64,000 bases of DNA from Naegleria gruberi. Lineage: Eukaryota. The position numbers and the translations under genes are program-made. How positions within the stretch are numbered: position 1 is the first letter of the stretch; every line of letters begins with the position of its first letter. The notes under the pieces were generated by a model, which was not told the origin of the DNA, made no database searches, and was given only the letters and a program-made list of their open reading frames with translations. Shown here piece after piece: positions 34,180 to 43,987 of this stretch. The stretch lies in NCBI GenBank assembly GCA_000004985.1, contig GG738896.1; one strand, given 5' to 3'.

Positions 34180-35457
34180 TTACTTTGAATTAAGATATGG
34201 AAGCTTCATAGCTCTGTGATGTAAATGAAGTCTCTTTAAGCTCTTATCTGGAACTACGTGTGTCAAACTTTCTGGCACACCTTCACCATACTTGTAATCA
34301 CCTAAAATTGGAGCTCCCAAAGCACTAGCACAATGAACTCTAAGTTGATGTTTTCTTCCTGTCACTGGATAGAGAGCTACCCAAGCCAATTTATCAGTCA
34401 TGTGGTCGATGGTCTTGTATTCAGATACAGAGATTTTTGACGAGTCTGTCTTATTATCCACAGGAACTACTTTTTCTACTCCATTTGCATCTTTTTGAAT
34501 GTCGATTACCATCTTAATTCTTCCAGTAGTTGGTGTTGGAACGCCAACAGTGACAGCCCAATAACACTTCTTAAGTGGAACAGTTGATTCCTGTAACCAT
34601 TGTTGCATTCTTATGGCACCAGCTCTATTTCTAGCAACAATCAACACACCAGTTGTATCTCTATCCAATCTGTGAACAAGTTTTGGTCGCACATTGAATC
34701 CGTCCAATCCAGTCAGTGCATCCAAAAGTGCATCGATGTGGAATGTTTGATTACTTCCTCCCTGAACACAAATACCATATGGCTTGTTAAGTGCAATAAT
34801 TTCATCATTCTTGAAGAGGATCCAACTTCTAATTTCCTCAATTTGTTCCTGTGTTAATTCGAGTTTCATTTTACCTCCATTCTTACTATAAATTGGATTT
34901 CCCAAAGTTTCTGATGAGATGGTATCCATTTCATCATCTCTGTCTATTTTATCAGTTTCTCTTTGTGCCTTATTGAACTGTTCTCTTTTTCCTGTTATAT
35001 GCTCGTCAATTTCCTGTCTCTTTTCACTATCAATGAAATCTTTTGGAATTTTAATAATGTCTCCCTTAAAAACTCGTTCATTATTTTCCTTAACAGCAAT
35101 TCCATTCTTGAAAAGTTGCTTCTTTCTCGTAATTTTCTGTATCAGACCAAAATTAATGGCAAGAGTTTTTGTTAGGAATTTATCCAATCTCATATCATCG
35201 TGTTCCTGTGAAACTGTTAATGTGACATATTTCTTTTTTAAGGAGCTAGAATTGACCTCGTTTTTGGAAGTAGATTTATCTTGATTGGATTCAACAATTG
35301 GCATAGAAGAGGCCTGGTGATCAGGTTTCACACTTGTTGTTGGAGTATTTTCAAGTAATGTTGAATCTTCTTGTTGTTTATCATTTCCTATTTTACAATT
35401 CAAATAAATTTCATCAAATGAACAAAAAGTTTGTAATTTATATGCCGATAATATCAA
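34180..35457 (-). CDS. RluA-family RNA pseudouridine synthase with an N-terminal S4-like RNA-binding region (RPUSD-like)
   Basis: The catalytic motif is HRLDRDTTGVLIVARN, with an S4-like segment (RLDKFLTKTLAINFGLIQKITRKKQLFKNGIAVK) upstream and the conserved C-terminal core (HQLRVHCASALGAPILGDYKYG). The track start is TTG, so the true N-terminus is uncertain. Confidence 0.8.
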   Translation of the reverse strand: MILSAYKLQTFCSFDEIYLNCKIGNDKQQEDSTLLENTPTTSVKPDHQASSMPIVESNQDKSTSKNEVNSSSLKKKYVTLTVSQEHDDMRLDKFLTKTLAINFGLIQKITRKKQLFKNGIAVKENNERVFKGDIIKIPKDFIDSEKRQEIDEHITGKREQFNKAQRETDKIDRDDEMDTISSETLGNPIYSKNGGKMKLELTQEQIEEIRSWILFKNDEIIALNKPYGICVQGGSNQTFHIDALLDALTGLDGFNVRPKLVHRLDRDTTGVLIVARNRAGAIRMQQWLQESTVPLKKCYWAVTVGVPTPTTGRIKMVIDIQKDANGVEKVVPVDNKTDSSKISVSEYKTIDHMTDKLAWVALYPVTGRKHQLRVHCASALGAPILGDYKYGEGVPESLTHVVPDKSLKRLHLHHRAMKLPYLNSK

Positions 35458-35505
35458 AAATTAAGTAACAAACCATAAGAAATGGTTAGTTAAGGAAGAA
35501 TATGA

Positions 35506-35883
35506 TTACACACCCTTTCCGAATGGTTTTCCTCTAGTAGCAGCTTCCTTCTTTTGTTCTTCAAAAAGTTGTTGGTCATATTCATCTTGGAACAATGGAG
35601 CTTCATTTCCCCACTGTTGCATCATTTCATCTCCAAAATCTTCACTCAAATCAGTTTCAGCCTCGGATTGAAGATATTCCCACAAGAATTGACGAAGTAA
35701 ATCTTCATATTGTCTAGAATCCATCCCCGATGCAAATTGTTGAATATCCTTATTATTATTATTCATTTGCGTAACATTTTGAGAGAAACATCTAATGATG
35801 GAATATTGTTGTTGGTTTGCTGCTGATGAAGCAACTTTTGAAATCAAAGGCTTTGAGAGTTTGGAAATGTTTTTGAGCATTTT
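35506..35883 (-). CDS. Small protein (~125 aa) with a mitochondrial-presequence-like N-terminus and an acidic middle; function unknown
   Basis: ATG-initiated MLKNISKLSKPLISKVASSAANQQQYSIIRCF.. (basic, hydroxylated, no acidic residues), then ..EDFGDEMMQQWGNEAPLFQDEYDQQLFEEQKKEAATRGKPFGKGV. Coding-like, but no family was recognised. Confidence 0.4.
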   Translation of the reverse strand, partial: KMLKNISKLSKPLISKVASSAANQQQYSIIRCFSQNVTQMNNNNKDIQQFASGMDSRQYEDLLRQFLWEYLQSEAETDLSEDFGDEMMQQWGNEAPLFQDEYDQQLFEEQKKEAATRGKPFGKGV

Positions 35884-36062
35884 TTTTATTTTCAATTTTT
35901 TGAAAAATTTAAAATTGATTGAATTTAAAAATTTAAATTGTTTGAAGTTAATTATTGAGAGAGCTTGTTAATGGTGGTGAGTGAGAATGAGCTTTTCAAA
36001 AATGGAATACAAGATAATGGATAGCAGAAAATTGTGTTTATTCTTTCAAAACTCCACATTCA

Positions 36063-37129
36063 ATCATAAATTCTAATAGAGGTTAAAATTATTGAAATGA
36101 GAAAGAGTACTTACTCTTAATGTGGTTGGTGAGTTCTCGTAATCCGAGGACTTCTCTCAGATCATTGTGTCCAGCATTCTTGATCCATAAGGCTGGATAT
36201 GGATTTTTAACATGTTTGTGAATATAAATGCCATGGTCAACTCTGTAAAATGTTGATAAATATTTTTGTAAACAATTTGATGATAACTTACGGAACTAAC
36301 TCATCATTTTCACCATGAATAATAAAAACAGGAGCTTCAATAGCACCAATTCTCATATAACTTGGGAAAATATCAACCAATCTTCCTGCAAATACATTTG
36401 TAACAGTTCTTACAATACTTTCGAATGGACTTTCTAAAATTACACCAGAAACTCTACGATGATGAGCTGCCAAATAGATGCTAGCTGCAGTTCCCATCGA
36501 TGTACCATATAGAATAACATTTTCAGGTGAAACTTTCAAAGAATTCACAACATAATCAAAAGCAGTCAATGCACATTCATAAACACCTTCTTCACTTGGT
36601 TCTTCAACATTTGACAAGACTCCATATCCAAAATACTTTACAATTCAATCAATTATTATGAATAATAGCTAACGTACTTCATAATGAACAATATTGACAT
36701 TCAATTTATCTCTCAAAATTGTTAGATAATCATAACTCATTCCAATATCCATTCCATTTCCTAAATTTTACAAGAATTTTTCTTCAAACCATGCGAAATT
36801 TCACTTAAATTACGTACCATGACTATAGAGAATGGTTGTTTTTACACTTTCAGTCTTTGCTTTAAAATAATACAGTGCCACTTCCTTTCCAGTTTTAATT
36901 CCTATTAATAATTATGATGATGATGACAATATAAATTGATTAATGATAAACGATGATAATTAACGATAATTGATGAATACGATGATGATGAAGGAAATAT
37001 AACATGATGAGGAATGTGATGAAATTTTTAATATTTACCTGGAGTGTAGATGACAGGATGTGGTTTTTCGGTTGTGTAGGATGCTGGTTTAGGAGGTTGA
37101 AAAGTTAATGAAGAAACAACTGAACCCAT
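36063..37129 (-). CDS. ABHD17-like alpha/beta-hydrolase (depalmitoylase-type), multi-exon (at least 5 exons)
   Basis: ATG at 37129 (MGSVVSSLTFQPPKPASYTTEKPHPVIYTPG). The exons encode ..YYFKAKTESVKTTILYSHGNGMDIGM.., ..YDYLTILRDKLNVNIVHYEYFGYG.., ..ILYGTSMGTAASIYLAAHH..PVFIIHGENDELVP (GxSxG nucleophile), then VDHGIYIHKHVKNPYPALWIKNAGHNDL. The whole protein lines up with ABHD17 (FSHGNAVDLGQM..YDYSGYG..ILYGQSIGT..LVIHGTEDEV..WVEGAGHND). Introns are 40-130 nt with GTAAAT, GTACGT and GTAAGT donors. Only one exon (36288..36617) appears in the ORF track. Confidence 0.65.
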
Positions 37130-37325
37130 CCTCTCTCTCAATTATTATAATTTTTTTATGTCACTGATCAAGAAATGTAGTGACGGGTAATGATTTTAGT
37201 TAGTTCATTTGTTGTTCAGTAGAAAATTTCACTTTTTTACTATGGAACTATTCATACAAAAGTTCAACAAATGAAATGTTTGGTATTTAATATTTAAATA
37301 TATTTAATAATTGTAAAATAATTAT

Positions 37326-37949
37326 TTGATGAATGGAAAAATGAAAAAATTACAATCATTGAAAGCACCCACTTGTTCATTCAACAAGACTAAAAATTGC
37401 CTACACTCAAAATTTATCTTCAATTCCAAGATTAATCAAAGTTTTGAATTTTCCATCCCGAAGAATTTTAATCAAATTTTAAATTTTCATCAAACAAGCC
37501 TTCGTCAATTTTCTCATCATTCAATTAATTATATTAATAATAATAACAATACAAAGGAAGAAAGAACGATGGAAGAATTATTAAAAACATTTACCAATGG
37601 AATTATTTCGAAAAAGCAATTGAAAGAATTAATTGAATCGTCATCACCATCTTCTGTAAAATATTTTCTATTTGATGTTAGAAGTGAACAGGAAGCTAAT
37701 GGAATATTTCATCCAATATTACCAACTGCTGTAAATATTCCGATTTATCATTTGGAACCAATTTTTGAAATGGATGATGAGGATTTTAAGAGTCAACTCG
37801 GAATTGAAAAACCAAAATCTGATGATTTAATTATTGTCTATTGTGAGCATGGTATTAGAAGTGCAATGGCACAACAAGTATTAATAGAAGAGTATGGATA
37901 TTCAAATGTTATTAATTATAGAGGATCTGCTCATGATTGGTACTCTTAA
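37326..37949 (+). CDS. Single-domain rhodanese (sulfurtransferase/Cdc25-like) protein with an N-terminal presequence-like extension
   Basis: The rhodanese fold signatures are LFDVRSEQEANGIFHPILPTAVNIPIYHLE and the active-site loop IIVYCEHGIRSAMA (Cys-x-x-Gly-x-Arg). The N-terminal ~80 aa are basic and Asn-rich; an alternative start MEELLKTF is possible. Confidence 0.7.
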   Translation: MMNGKMKKLQSLKAPTCSFNKTKNCLHSKFIFNSKINQSFEFSIPKNFNQILNFHQTSLRQFSHHSINYINNNNNTKEERTMEELLKTFTNGIISKKQLKELIESSSPSSVKYFLFDVRSEQEANGIFHPILPTAVNIPIYHLEPIFEMDDEDFKSQLGIEKPKSDDLIIVYCEHGIRSAMAQQVLIEEYGYSNVINYRGSAHDWYS

Positions 37950-38212
37950 ATCATATTGTTTTTTGAATGAATAGTGAAATAATTAATTCATTAATCAATC
38001 GAATTTACATTTTGAAACAAAGTCCCCAATAGGAAGCAATATTCATATTTTGTTCTTTCAGATAGGTACCAAACGAACCAATCAATAGTTTTGATCATTG
38101 TAACTTATGAATTTTCAATAAATAACATTGTAAATTTGCTCTCAGTCCCCACCAGGTTTTAAGCTTGCAGCCACGCAACATTGTAATTTCCGTTTAAAAA
38201 AAATACAACAAA

Positions 38213-38711
38213 ATGTCCTCTGAAAGAAGTACGTATAATTCTATGATAAAATATATTAAACTTTGAAAAAGCTTTCATTGCTTTGAAGCCTGATGCCGTC
38301 CAACGTGGTTTGATTGGTCCAATCATTACCAGATTCGAACAAAAGGGATTCAAGTTGGTTGCTATGAAGCTCATCACTCCAACTGCTGAATTGGCCTCTA
38401 AGCATTACGCTGAACATGATGGTAAGCCATTCTTTGCTGGTTTGGTTGAATTCTTGACTTCTGGTCCAGTCTGTGCTATGGTCTGGGAAGGTCAAGGTGT
38501 CATTGCTGCTGCTAGAAAGCTCATCGGTGTTACCAAGCCATTGGAATCTGCTCCAGGTACTATCAGAGGTGACTTTGCTATCAACGTTGGTAGAAACATT
38601 ATCCACGGTTCTGACAGCACTACCTCCGCTGAAGCTGAAATTGCTTTGTGGTTCAAGCCTGAAGAAATCTCCAACTGGACTCCAGTTGCTAACAAATGGA
38701 TTTACGAATAA
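38213..38711 (+). CDS. ndk: Nucleoside diphosphate kinase, 2 exons
   Basis: Exon 1 is 38213-38228 (MSSER+a) with a GTACGT donor. The intron is 43 nt with acceptor ..gaaaaag. Exon 2 starts at 38272 ([33 protein letters not shown]...[20 protein letters not shown]), the canonical NDK sequence with the active-site His (NIIHGSD). Track ORF 38283..38711 lacks the first exon. Antisense ORFs 38256..38744(-) and 38159..38377(-) are spurious. Confidence 0.9.
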
Positions 38712-38968
38712 ATAGTTAGTTACTACTCTAACCTTTAATAGCAAACATGTTCAATAATATTGTATTAATATTAAGAATAATTAAAAAATATTTTAAATTG
38801 TATTCGGAATTGAAAAACAATGAAGGTTACCTCCCTCTCGATGATCAGGTACCACAACTCCTATTAGAAATTAAATTAGAGGGGTTCCATTTCCCCTCTC
38901 TATTTGTGTTGTTTTGCCAACAGGTAAAAACGATCAAAACAAATTACAGATATTATTATTTAAAAAAA

Positions 38969-40087
38969 ATGTGTGAGTATTCCGATGATCGACTCGTAGA
39001 TATTATCAATCTTGAAATTAAATTACAAAAGGAATGGTATAGTGATACGATAGAGGGTGATATTCGTTTAGAAATTAAAGAAAATTGTAATCAAGTTATT
39101 CGTATTAAAGATATTACTCTCTTTTTGCAGGGATTAGAAAAATTAGAGTATCAAGTGGAGGGTCCGAACCGATCTTTGGCTTGGAAATCTGATGAAAAAA
39201 AGGTACTACAAAGTGAGGTACCGATCGCTGGAGATGGGAAATTAACAAAAGGTCCTCATGTTTATTCTTTTTCAGAAAGATTACCAACCGATATTCCTGG
39301 ATCATTCTTTGAGGAAACCACTTATCTGGGAAAACAGATCAAGGCTCAGATATCTTACTTTGCATCATGTGTTGTTGAACTAAGGGTGGGAAATGAAAAA
39401 GAGTCTCAACATGTTACAATTCACAAACAATTTGAAATTTTTGAAAAATTAGGTGATAGAATGGCTAACAATTTGTTTGCAAGCAGAAATAATCAATCAT
39501 GTGGATTATTGTGGAAAATATCATCGAGAAGAAATATTTACTGTCGAAGAGACAAATGCCAATTTTATTCAGAAGTATTGAACGAAGGCATCTCTTCTGT
39601 ATCATTTATTACTGTCAGATTGCTGCAGATTTTAAAGCTTAACATGGAGAAACAAAATACATCAGAGAATATTATGTTAGAGGTCTATAAAAAGACCTTT
39701 AATGGTATCCTGCCAAAATGTAAAGATTTGAGAAATATCACATTTGATTTACATCCAGATCTTGTTGATTATTTCCTCTATCCACAAACAACTTATGGAA
39801 GTCTTATCAGAGTAGAGTACATGCTCCAATTTTCACTAGATAATTTGATTGAGATCAATATTCCAATAGAGGTTTTATTCAAGCAAGACATTCCAGTAAG
39901 ACCTTTATCTAGAAACACAATATCATTGACTGATCATGAAAAGTCCAATAGAAGAAAATCAAAGAGCTACTACGGAGAGCTTGAAGATTATGAGGAATCT
40001 GTCGTGTTAAATGATCCAAAAGATCAAGATAATTATCACGAAGTAATTTCATTAGAGAAAAATACTGGCTGTTGTACTATTCAATAG
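38969..40087 (+). CDS. Arrestin-domain-containing protein (arrestin N and C domains)
   Basis: Arrestin-like strands appear: ..ITLFLQGLEKLEYQVEG..KGPHVYSFSERLPTDIPGSFFEETTYLGKQIKAQISYFASCVVEL.. and ..YMLQFSLDNLIEINIPIEVLF. The probable start is MCEYSDD; the track ORF 38747..40087 extends upstream into AT-rich sequence. Confidence 0.6.
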   Translation: MCEYSDDRLVDIINLEIKLQKEWYSDTIEGDIRLEIKENCNQVIRIKDITLFLQGLEKLEYQVEGPNRSLAWKSDEKKVLQSEVPIAGDGKLTKGPHVYSFSERLPTDIPGSFFEETTYLGKQIKAQISYFASCVVELRVGNEKESQHVTIHKQFEIFEKLGDRMANNLFASRNNQSCGLLWKISSRRNIYCRRDKCQFYSEVLNEGISSVSFITVRLLQILKLNMEKQNTSENIMLEVYKKTFNGILPKCKDLRNITFDLHPDLVDYFLYPQTTYGSLIRVEYMLQFSLDNLIEINIPIEVLFKQDIPVRPLSRNTISLTDHEKSNRRKSKSYYGELEDYEESVVLNDPKDQDNYHEVISLEKNTGCCTIQ

Positions 40088-40237
40088 AGAGATTTTATGA
40101 TTTCTAAACATGTCATCTTCTAACTCTAATTATTTCTCTTTTCTTTGTTTTGCTATCCACACTATCTACAAGCAACTGTTTTCTTGACCTGAAAAGATAT
40201 AGGGTAATCTTCTACACTATCTTTTTTTGAACAAGAA

Positions 40238-40310
40238 GCCGACATAGCTCAGTTGGGAGAGCGTAAGACTGAAGATCTTAAGGTCCCTGGTTCGATCCCT
40301 GGTGTCGGCA
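40238..40310 (+). tRNA. tRNA-Phe (anticodon GAA), 73 nt, no encoded CCA
   Basis: GCCGACA-TA-GCTC-AGTTGGGA-GAGC-G-TAAGA-CTGAAGA-TCTTA-AGGTC-CCTGG-TTCGATC-CCTGG-TGTCGGC-A. The acceptor, D and anticodon stems pair perfectly. The anticodon loop CUGAAGA gives GAA. The sequence is close to other eukaryotic tRNA-Phe, with one T-T mismatch in the T-stem. It is followed by a T5 Pol III terminator. Confidence 0.85.
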
Positions 40311-40312
40311 AA

Positions 40313-40318
40313 TTTTTA
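40313..40318 (+). terminator. RNA polymerase III terminator (T-run) downstream of tRNA-Phe
   Basis: ..GGCA aa TTTTT acaatt immediately 3' of the tRNA. Confidence 0.6.
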
Positions 40319-40637
40319 CAATTCGAGATTTATTTGATAATAGAGAGCAACTTGATTGTTTTTGAATTTGTAGAAACCTAAAGAATTTTTGTCAATTTTC
40401 AAATTTCTTTTTTGCATAATCATAGTTTTGTTGTCTCAATTCGGTAGATATTTCCTCTACCAAATAATCAGGGATTGAATAGCAGTGATAGGATCTGAAT
40501 GTGGATGATCCACCAGTATATTGTGTGGAACAGGTTTAGTCGAGTTTCATTTTTTACCATAGTTGATAAGTTTCTTGATAAAGTTGACAATAGGAGCTGT
40601 TGATGAAGCTTTGATTATGCTTCTAGTAATTGGAGGT

Positions 40638-42248
40638 TTACCAATAGTTATTACAGCTACAAATTCCATTCTTAAAATGATGAAATCTCTTGGCATCCCT
40701 GACAATAATTTCGCAATCCATCACTTTAGAAATAAATGCTGTTGCTGAATGACAATCATTGCAAACCCTCAGGTTTGTGGTTAATAATATTTTCTTGCGA
40801 TCCTTATTCAACACAAAAGCATGAGCAATTGCTGTTTTTTCTGAATGCCTTAACAGGGCTTTAACTCTTTCGTCTTTAGTCTTAAACTCTGTATTTGGTA
40901 CCCATCTTACATCTGGCACATAACCTGCTTTGATGATTTTTCTGAAAATTTCATCTCTCATTTGCTCAACCTCATTGAATCTGTCAAAATTATCATTGCC
41001 AGATACAAATTTGTAGGTTATTCCATTTTCTTCGTGATACACAATGCCGGGCATTACCTGAATACCCTTTTCTTTCATTAGCTCTCTAATTTTATTTGCC
41101 TTTTCAACAAGTCCATAGTTCATGTAAATATGTGATAATAAATAGGCAGAAGGTTCCAATTCATCGATGGATATCATTATTTTGAATACTCTTTCTCCTA
41201 GCTCTAGGTTATTGAATTTTCTACAACCACACATTAAAGTATTCCAAAGTATATAACTATCATCATGATCAATTACACTTTCTGCCTGTTCTAACAGTCC
41301 TTTTCGTGCCAATGCATCTACCATAGCACATTTATTATGTATGGATGGATGCTTAATTGAGGAAAATACTGAATATACATGCTCTACCATTCCAGAATGA
41401 GAAAGAGCATTCAGCAGAATTGTGAAAGTTTTTTCTGTAGGTTCAATATTCTTTTCTATGAATGAAATGTAAAAATTGAATGCTTCAGATCCCTCACCAT
41501 GATGTGCGAAAACAGAAAGGATGTTATTGCATGTTTCAATTGAAAGAGCTTTTTCATATTTCAACAATTCATCAAAAATCTGTTTGGATGCTTCTAACTC
41601 TCCAATTTTTGAAAAATAAAGAGCTATCGAAGATTGTATTATTTCATTATTGTACAACCCATTATCTTGAATGTGTTTTATCACTCGGTTACCACTGTCG
41701 GTTGATACAAATCTAGAACATGCTTGTAACAAAACAAGATATGTTACAATATTGGGTTGAAAATTTTGCTTCAGCATTTCGTTAAAAACTGTAAAAGCTT
41801 CATTAGCATCACCTATCTCAATAAAAGCCTGTATCAAAGCAGTACAGGTTCCGACATTAACTAGACCTGCCTCACAAAACTCATCGTATAAATCAACTGC
41901 CACATATGGTTTACCACACTTTGTGTAAAAGTTCATGATGGATGTTGCGAGCTCAGTAGTAATATTCTCAATAACATCTGGAATCATTCGGTGAATTTCT
42001 ACTCCTTCCTCATATAATCTATTATCTGCACATCCTTTCAGTAAAATTGTAAATTTAATGTCATTTGGTGATATGTTGTTTCCTTGCATTGTTGTAAAGG
42101 TTTGAATAGCTGTTGAAATGTTTCCAGCGCTAATATATGCTTGGAGTAAACAATTCCATGAACCAATATCTACTCCTCCTGTCTTTTTCAGTTTTTCAAA
42201 CTCCTCCATCGCGAGTTCAGGATGGCCACATTTTGTGTAAAATGACAT
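40638..42248 (-). CDS. DYW-type pentatricopeptide-repeat protein (PPR + E + DYW cytidine-deaminase-like domain), a putative organellar C-to-U RNA editing factor
   Basis: The 536-aa ORF has ~10 PPR/PLS-like motifs (..FYTKCG..A..F..M...G..P...T..), an E-like region and a C-terminal DYW domain with conserved HSEKTAIAHAF and CNDCHSATAFISKVMDCEIIVRDAKRFHHFKNGICSCNNYW (the zinc-binding HxE and CxxCH are intact; the terminal NYW replaces DYW). It starts abruptly inside a PPR motif with no targeting peptide, so it is probably continuous with the upstream PPR ORF 42419..43537. Confidence 0.85.
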   Translation of the reverse strand: MSFYTKCGHPELAMEEFEKLKKTGGVDIGSWNCLLQAYISAGNISTAIQTFTTMQGNNISPNDIKFTILLKGCADNRLYEEGVEIHRMIPDVIENITTELATSIMNFYTKCGKPYVAVDLYDEFCEAGLVNVGTCTALIQAFIEIGDANEAFTVFNEMLKQNFQPNIVTYLVLLQACSRFVSTDSGNRVIKHIQDNGLYNNEIIQSSIALYFSKIGELEASKQIFDELLKYEKALSIETCNNILSVFAHHGEGSEAFNFYISFIEKNIEPTEKTFTILLNALSHSGMVEHVYSVFSSIKHPSIHNKCAMVDALARKGLLEQAESVIDHDDSYILWNTLMCGCRKFNNLELGERVFKIMISIDELEPSAYLLSHIYMNYGLVEKANKIRELMKEKGIQVMPGIVYHEENGITYKFVSGNDNFDRFNEVEQMRDEIFRKIIKAGYVPDVRWVPNTEFKTKDERVKALLRHSEKTAIAHAFVLNKDRKKILLTTNLRVCNDCHSATAFISKVMDCEIIVRDAKRFHHFKNGICSCNNYW

Positions 42249-42418
42249 AACAGTATTATGTTAGTTAGTACTAATATTCAGTAGCAGTTTTTGAGCTTGG
42301 TTATGTATCCTTTTACCCTCATCAAATAGTCTGTGGTGTGTGCAAGAAGTTAATAAAATGGATTCATCGATACTATATCTTGGAACTGTGTAATCCAAGC
42401 ACATTTAAGTAGAAAAAA

Positions 42419-43537
42419 CTACAAAAAGGCCCTTATGGTTTTAAGCGAAATGGAAAAAAGAACTGGCTTACCACCTGACAGTACTACATACGGTTTATTA
42501 CTTGGAGCTCTTGGAGAAAACAACTTATACTTATATGGAATAGAGCTTGTTAAATGTATTCCTTTATTGAATATTCCACAATCTGGTTTGATCCCAGTCT
42601 CTATCATTTCATATAAACTCTCTATAGCTTTCTTCATATTATTCATTTCTATAAAAGATTGAATTAAACATGTCCAAGAAATTACATCCATTTTTCCATG
42701 TTTTTGTAATTTCATGCACTCCTCATTCGCCAAAGAGTGGTTTCCACATTTGGAAAAGAATGAAATTAGACTTGAAGACAGTTGCAAACTCTCAACTTTT
42801 GATTTCTGGATTATTTCGTATAACTTCATTCCTACACAAACATTATTGCATCTAGTTGCTTCTTTTAGAATGGGAATGTAAACTCCAAAATTAGGTTCAA
42901 TTCCATTTTGTTGCATTTTGAGTATAGCACTAATTGTTTCATTTAATTGACCGTTCTTGATCATACTCGAAATCAGAGATATAAACGAATAGACTGTACA
43001 TTGTCCTTTCTCAATTAAAATATCAACAACTAGTTCACATGATGAGGTATCTCCAATTTTGGAGTAATACTGTAAAATTGCATTGTAAGTAAAGTAGTTT
43101 GGAGCAGCCAAATTCTTGTTTACAATTCTTTCGAATAACCTTACTCCTTGTTTTTCATAATTTGGATGACTAAGTAAATGTTGAATGGCAAAATTCCAAG
43201 ACTTTTCTTTAAGTTTTAGTTCATCATCTTGGTTTAGGCAATCAAACAAGTTTGACAAATCAAGTAAACACTCTTCTAGCTCCTTTTTTTGATTTCCCGA
43301 CACTTTGCACTTGTGAGTCATTGCCAAACATATTTCTATCATGTTGGTTGGTAATAAGTCTTTCTGTTGTTTTGATTTTCGGTAGATTGTAAATAAATTA
43401 TCAAACGAAGCCCCATAGCCCACTAATTCTCGGAAGGTGCTGCTGTTGGTAGTGGTAGAATAATATTTCTTTCCTAAATTCTCAAGAAAGGCTTTCATAG
43501 ATGTGCAAGTCTTCCCTTTGAAAAGTTGTGATATCAT
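42419..43537 (-). CDS. PPR protein with a presequence-like N-terminus; probably the 5' portion of the DYW-PPR gene
   Basis: 372-aa ORF. It starts MISQLFKGKTCTSMKAFLENLGKKYYSTTTNSS (basic/hydroxylated, mito-presequence-like) and carries ~8 P-type PPR motifs (..TYNAILQYYSKIGDTSSCELV..; ..VYIPILKEATRCNNVCVGMKLYEII..; ..MKKAIESLYEMIETGIKPDCGIFNKGIH). The last ~40 aa are non-PPR junk, so the real exon probably ends near 42535. Confidence 0.7.
   Translation of the reverse strand: MISQLFKGKTCTSMKAFLENLGKKYYSTTTNSSTFRELVGYGASFDNLFTIYRKSKQQKDLLPTNMIEICLAMTHKCKVSGNQKKELEECLLDLSNLFDCLNQDDELKLKEKSWNFAIQHLLSHPNYEKQGVRLFERIVNKNLAAPNYFTYNAILQYYSKIGDTSSCELVVDILIEKGQCTVYSFISLISSMIKNGQLNETISAILKMQQNGIEPNFGVYIPILKEATRCNNVCVGMKLYEIIQKSKVESLQLSSSLISFFSKCGNHSLANEECMKLQKHGKMDVISWTCLIQSFIEMNNMKKAIESLYEMIETGIKPDCGIFNKGIHLTSSIPYKYKLFSPRAPSNKPYVVLSGGKPVLFSISLKTIRAFL
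42435..42550 (+). pseudogene. Antisense PPR-like gene fragment (~1.3 PPR motifs) lying between the two minus-strand PPR ORFs
   Basis: The plus-strand reading MVLSEMEKRTGLPPDSTTYGLLLGALGENNLYLYGIELVKCI fits the PPR consensus (..M...G..PD..TY..LL.A..). The same DNA read on the minus strand gives non-PPR sequence. Confidence 0.3.
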
Positions 43538-43987
43538 TTTTTTATAATATTCTTGTATACTAAGAATTAATAAGCTGAAATGATTTTAAGATTTACTTTT
43601 ATTAACTTTTTAAGTAGGGTTATAAGAGAGTATTATAAGAGATCGATCTATTCATAACAATAGAAGCCAATCCCTCTTTGGTCCTTTCCATTAACTTTCT
43701 GGTTATTTCTAAAAACAAGAAATGCTTTATGTTTCTTAATAAAAGGTTCGGAATGATGCAACTAGTACACTGGTTGGAAACATTTACATCTACATCACTT
43801 CATTCCGATATTCGATTCGACACTTCATATCATCATGATTCCGATCCAGAATCAGCAAATTCCGAAATGCTTTTAAAAATGCTACAACACACCCATTTCC
43901 TACCCAAAATCCAATTAAAAAAAATTTCAAACATTCTCTGTACATACACACTCTCAGCTGTTCGCTTAGTAAATAACATACGTAAAA

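Noticed and set aside
38159-38744. Track ORFs 38256..38744(-), 38159..38377(-), 38473..38715(+) and 38492..38695(-)
   Set aside because: All overlap the nucleoside diphosphate kinase CDS, which is unambiguous by homology. They are alternative-frame or antisense artefacts.
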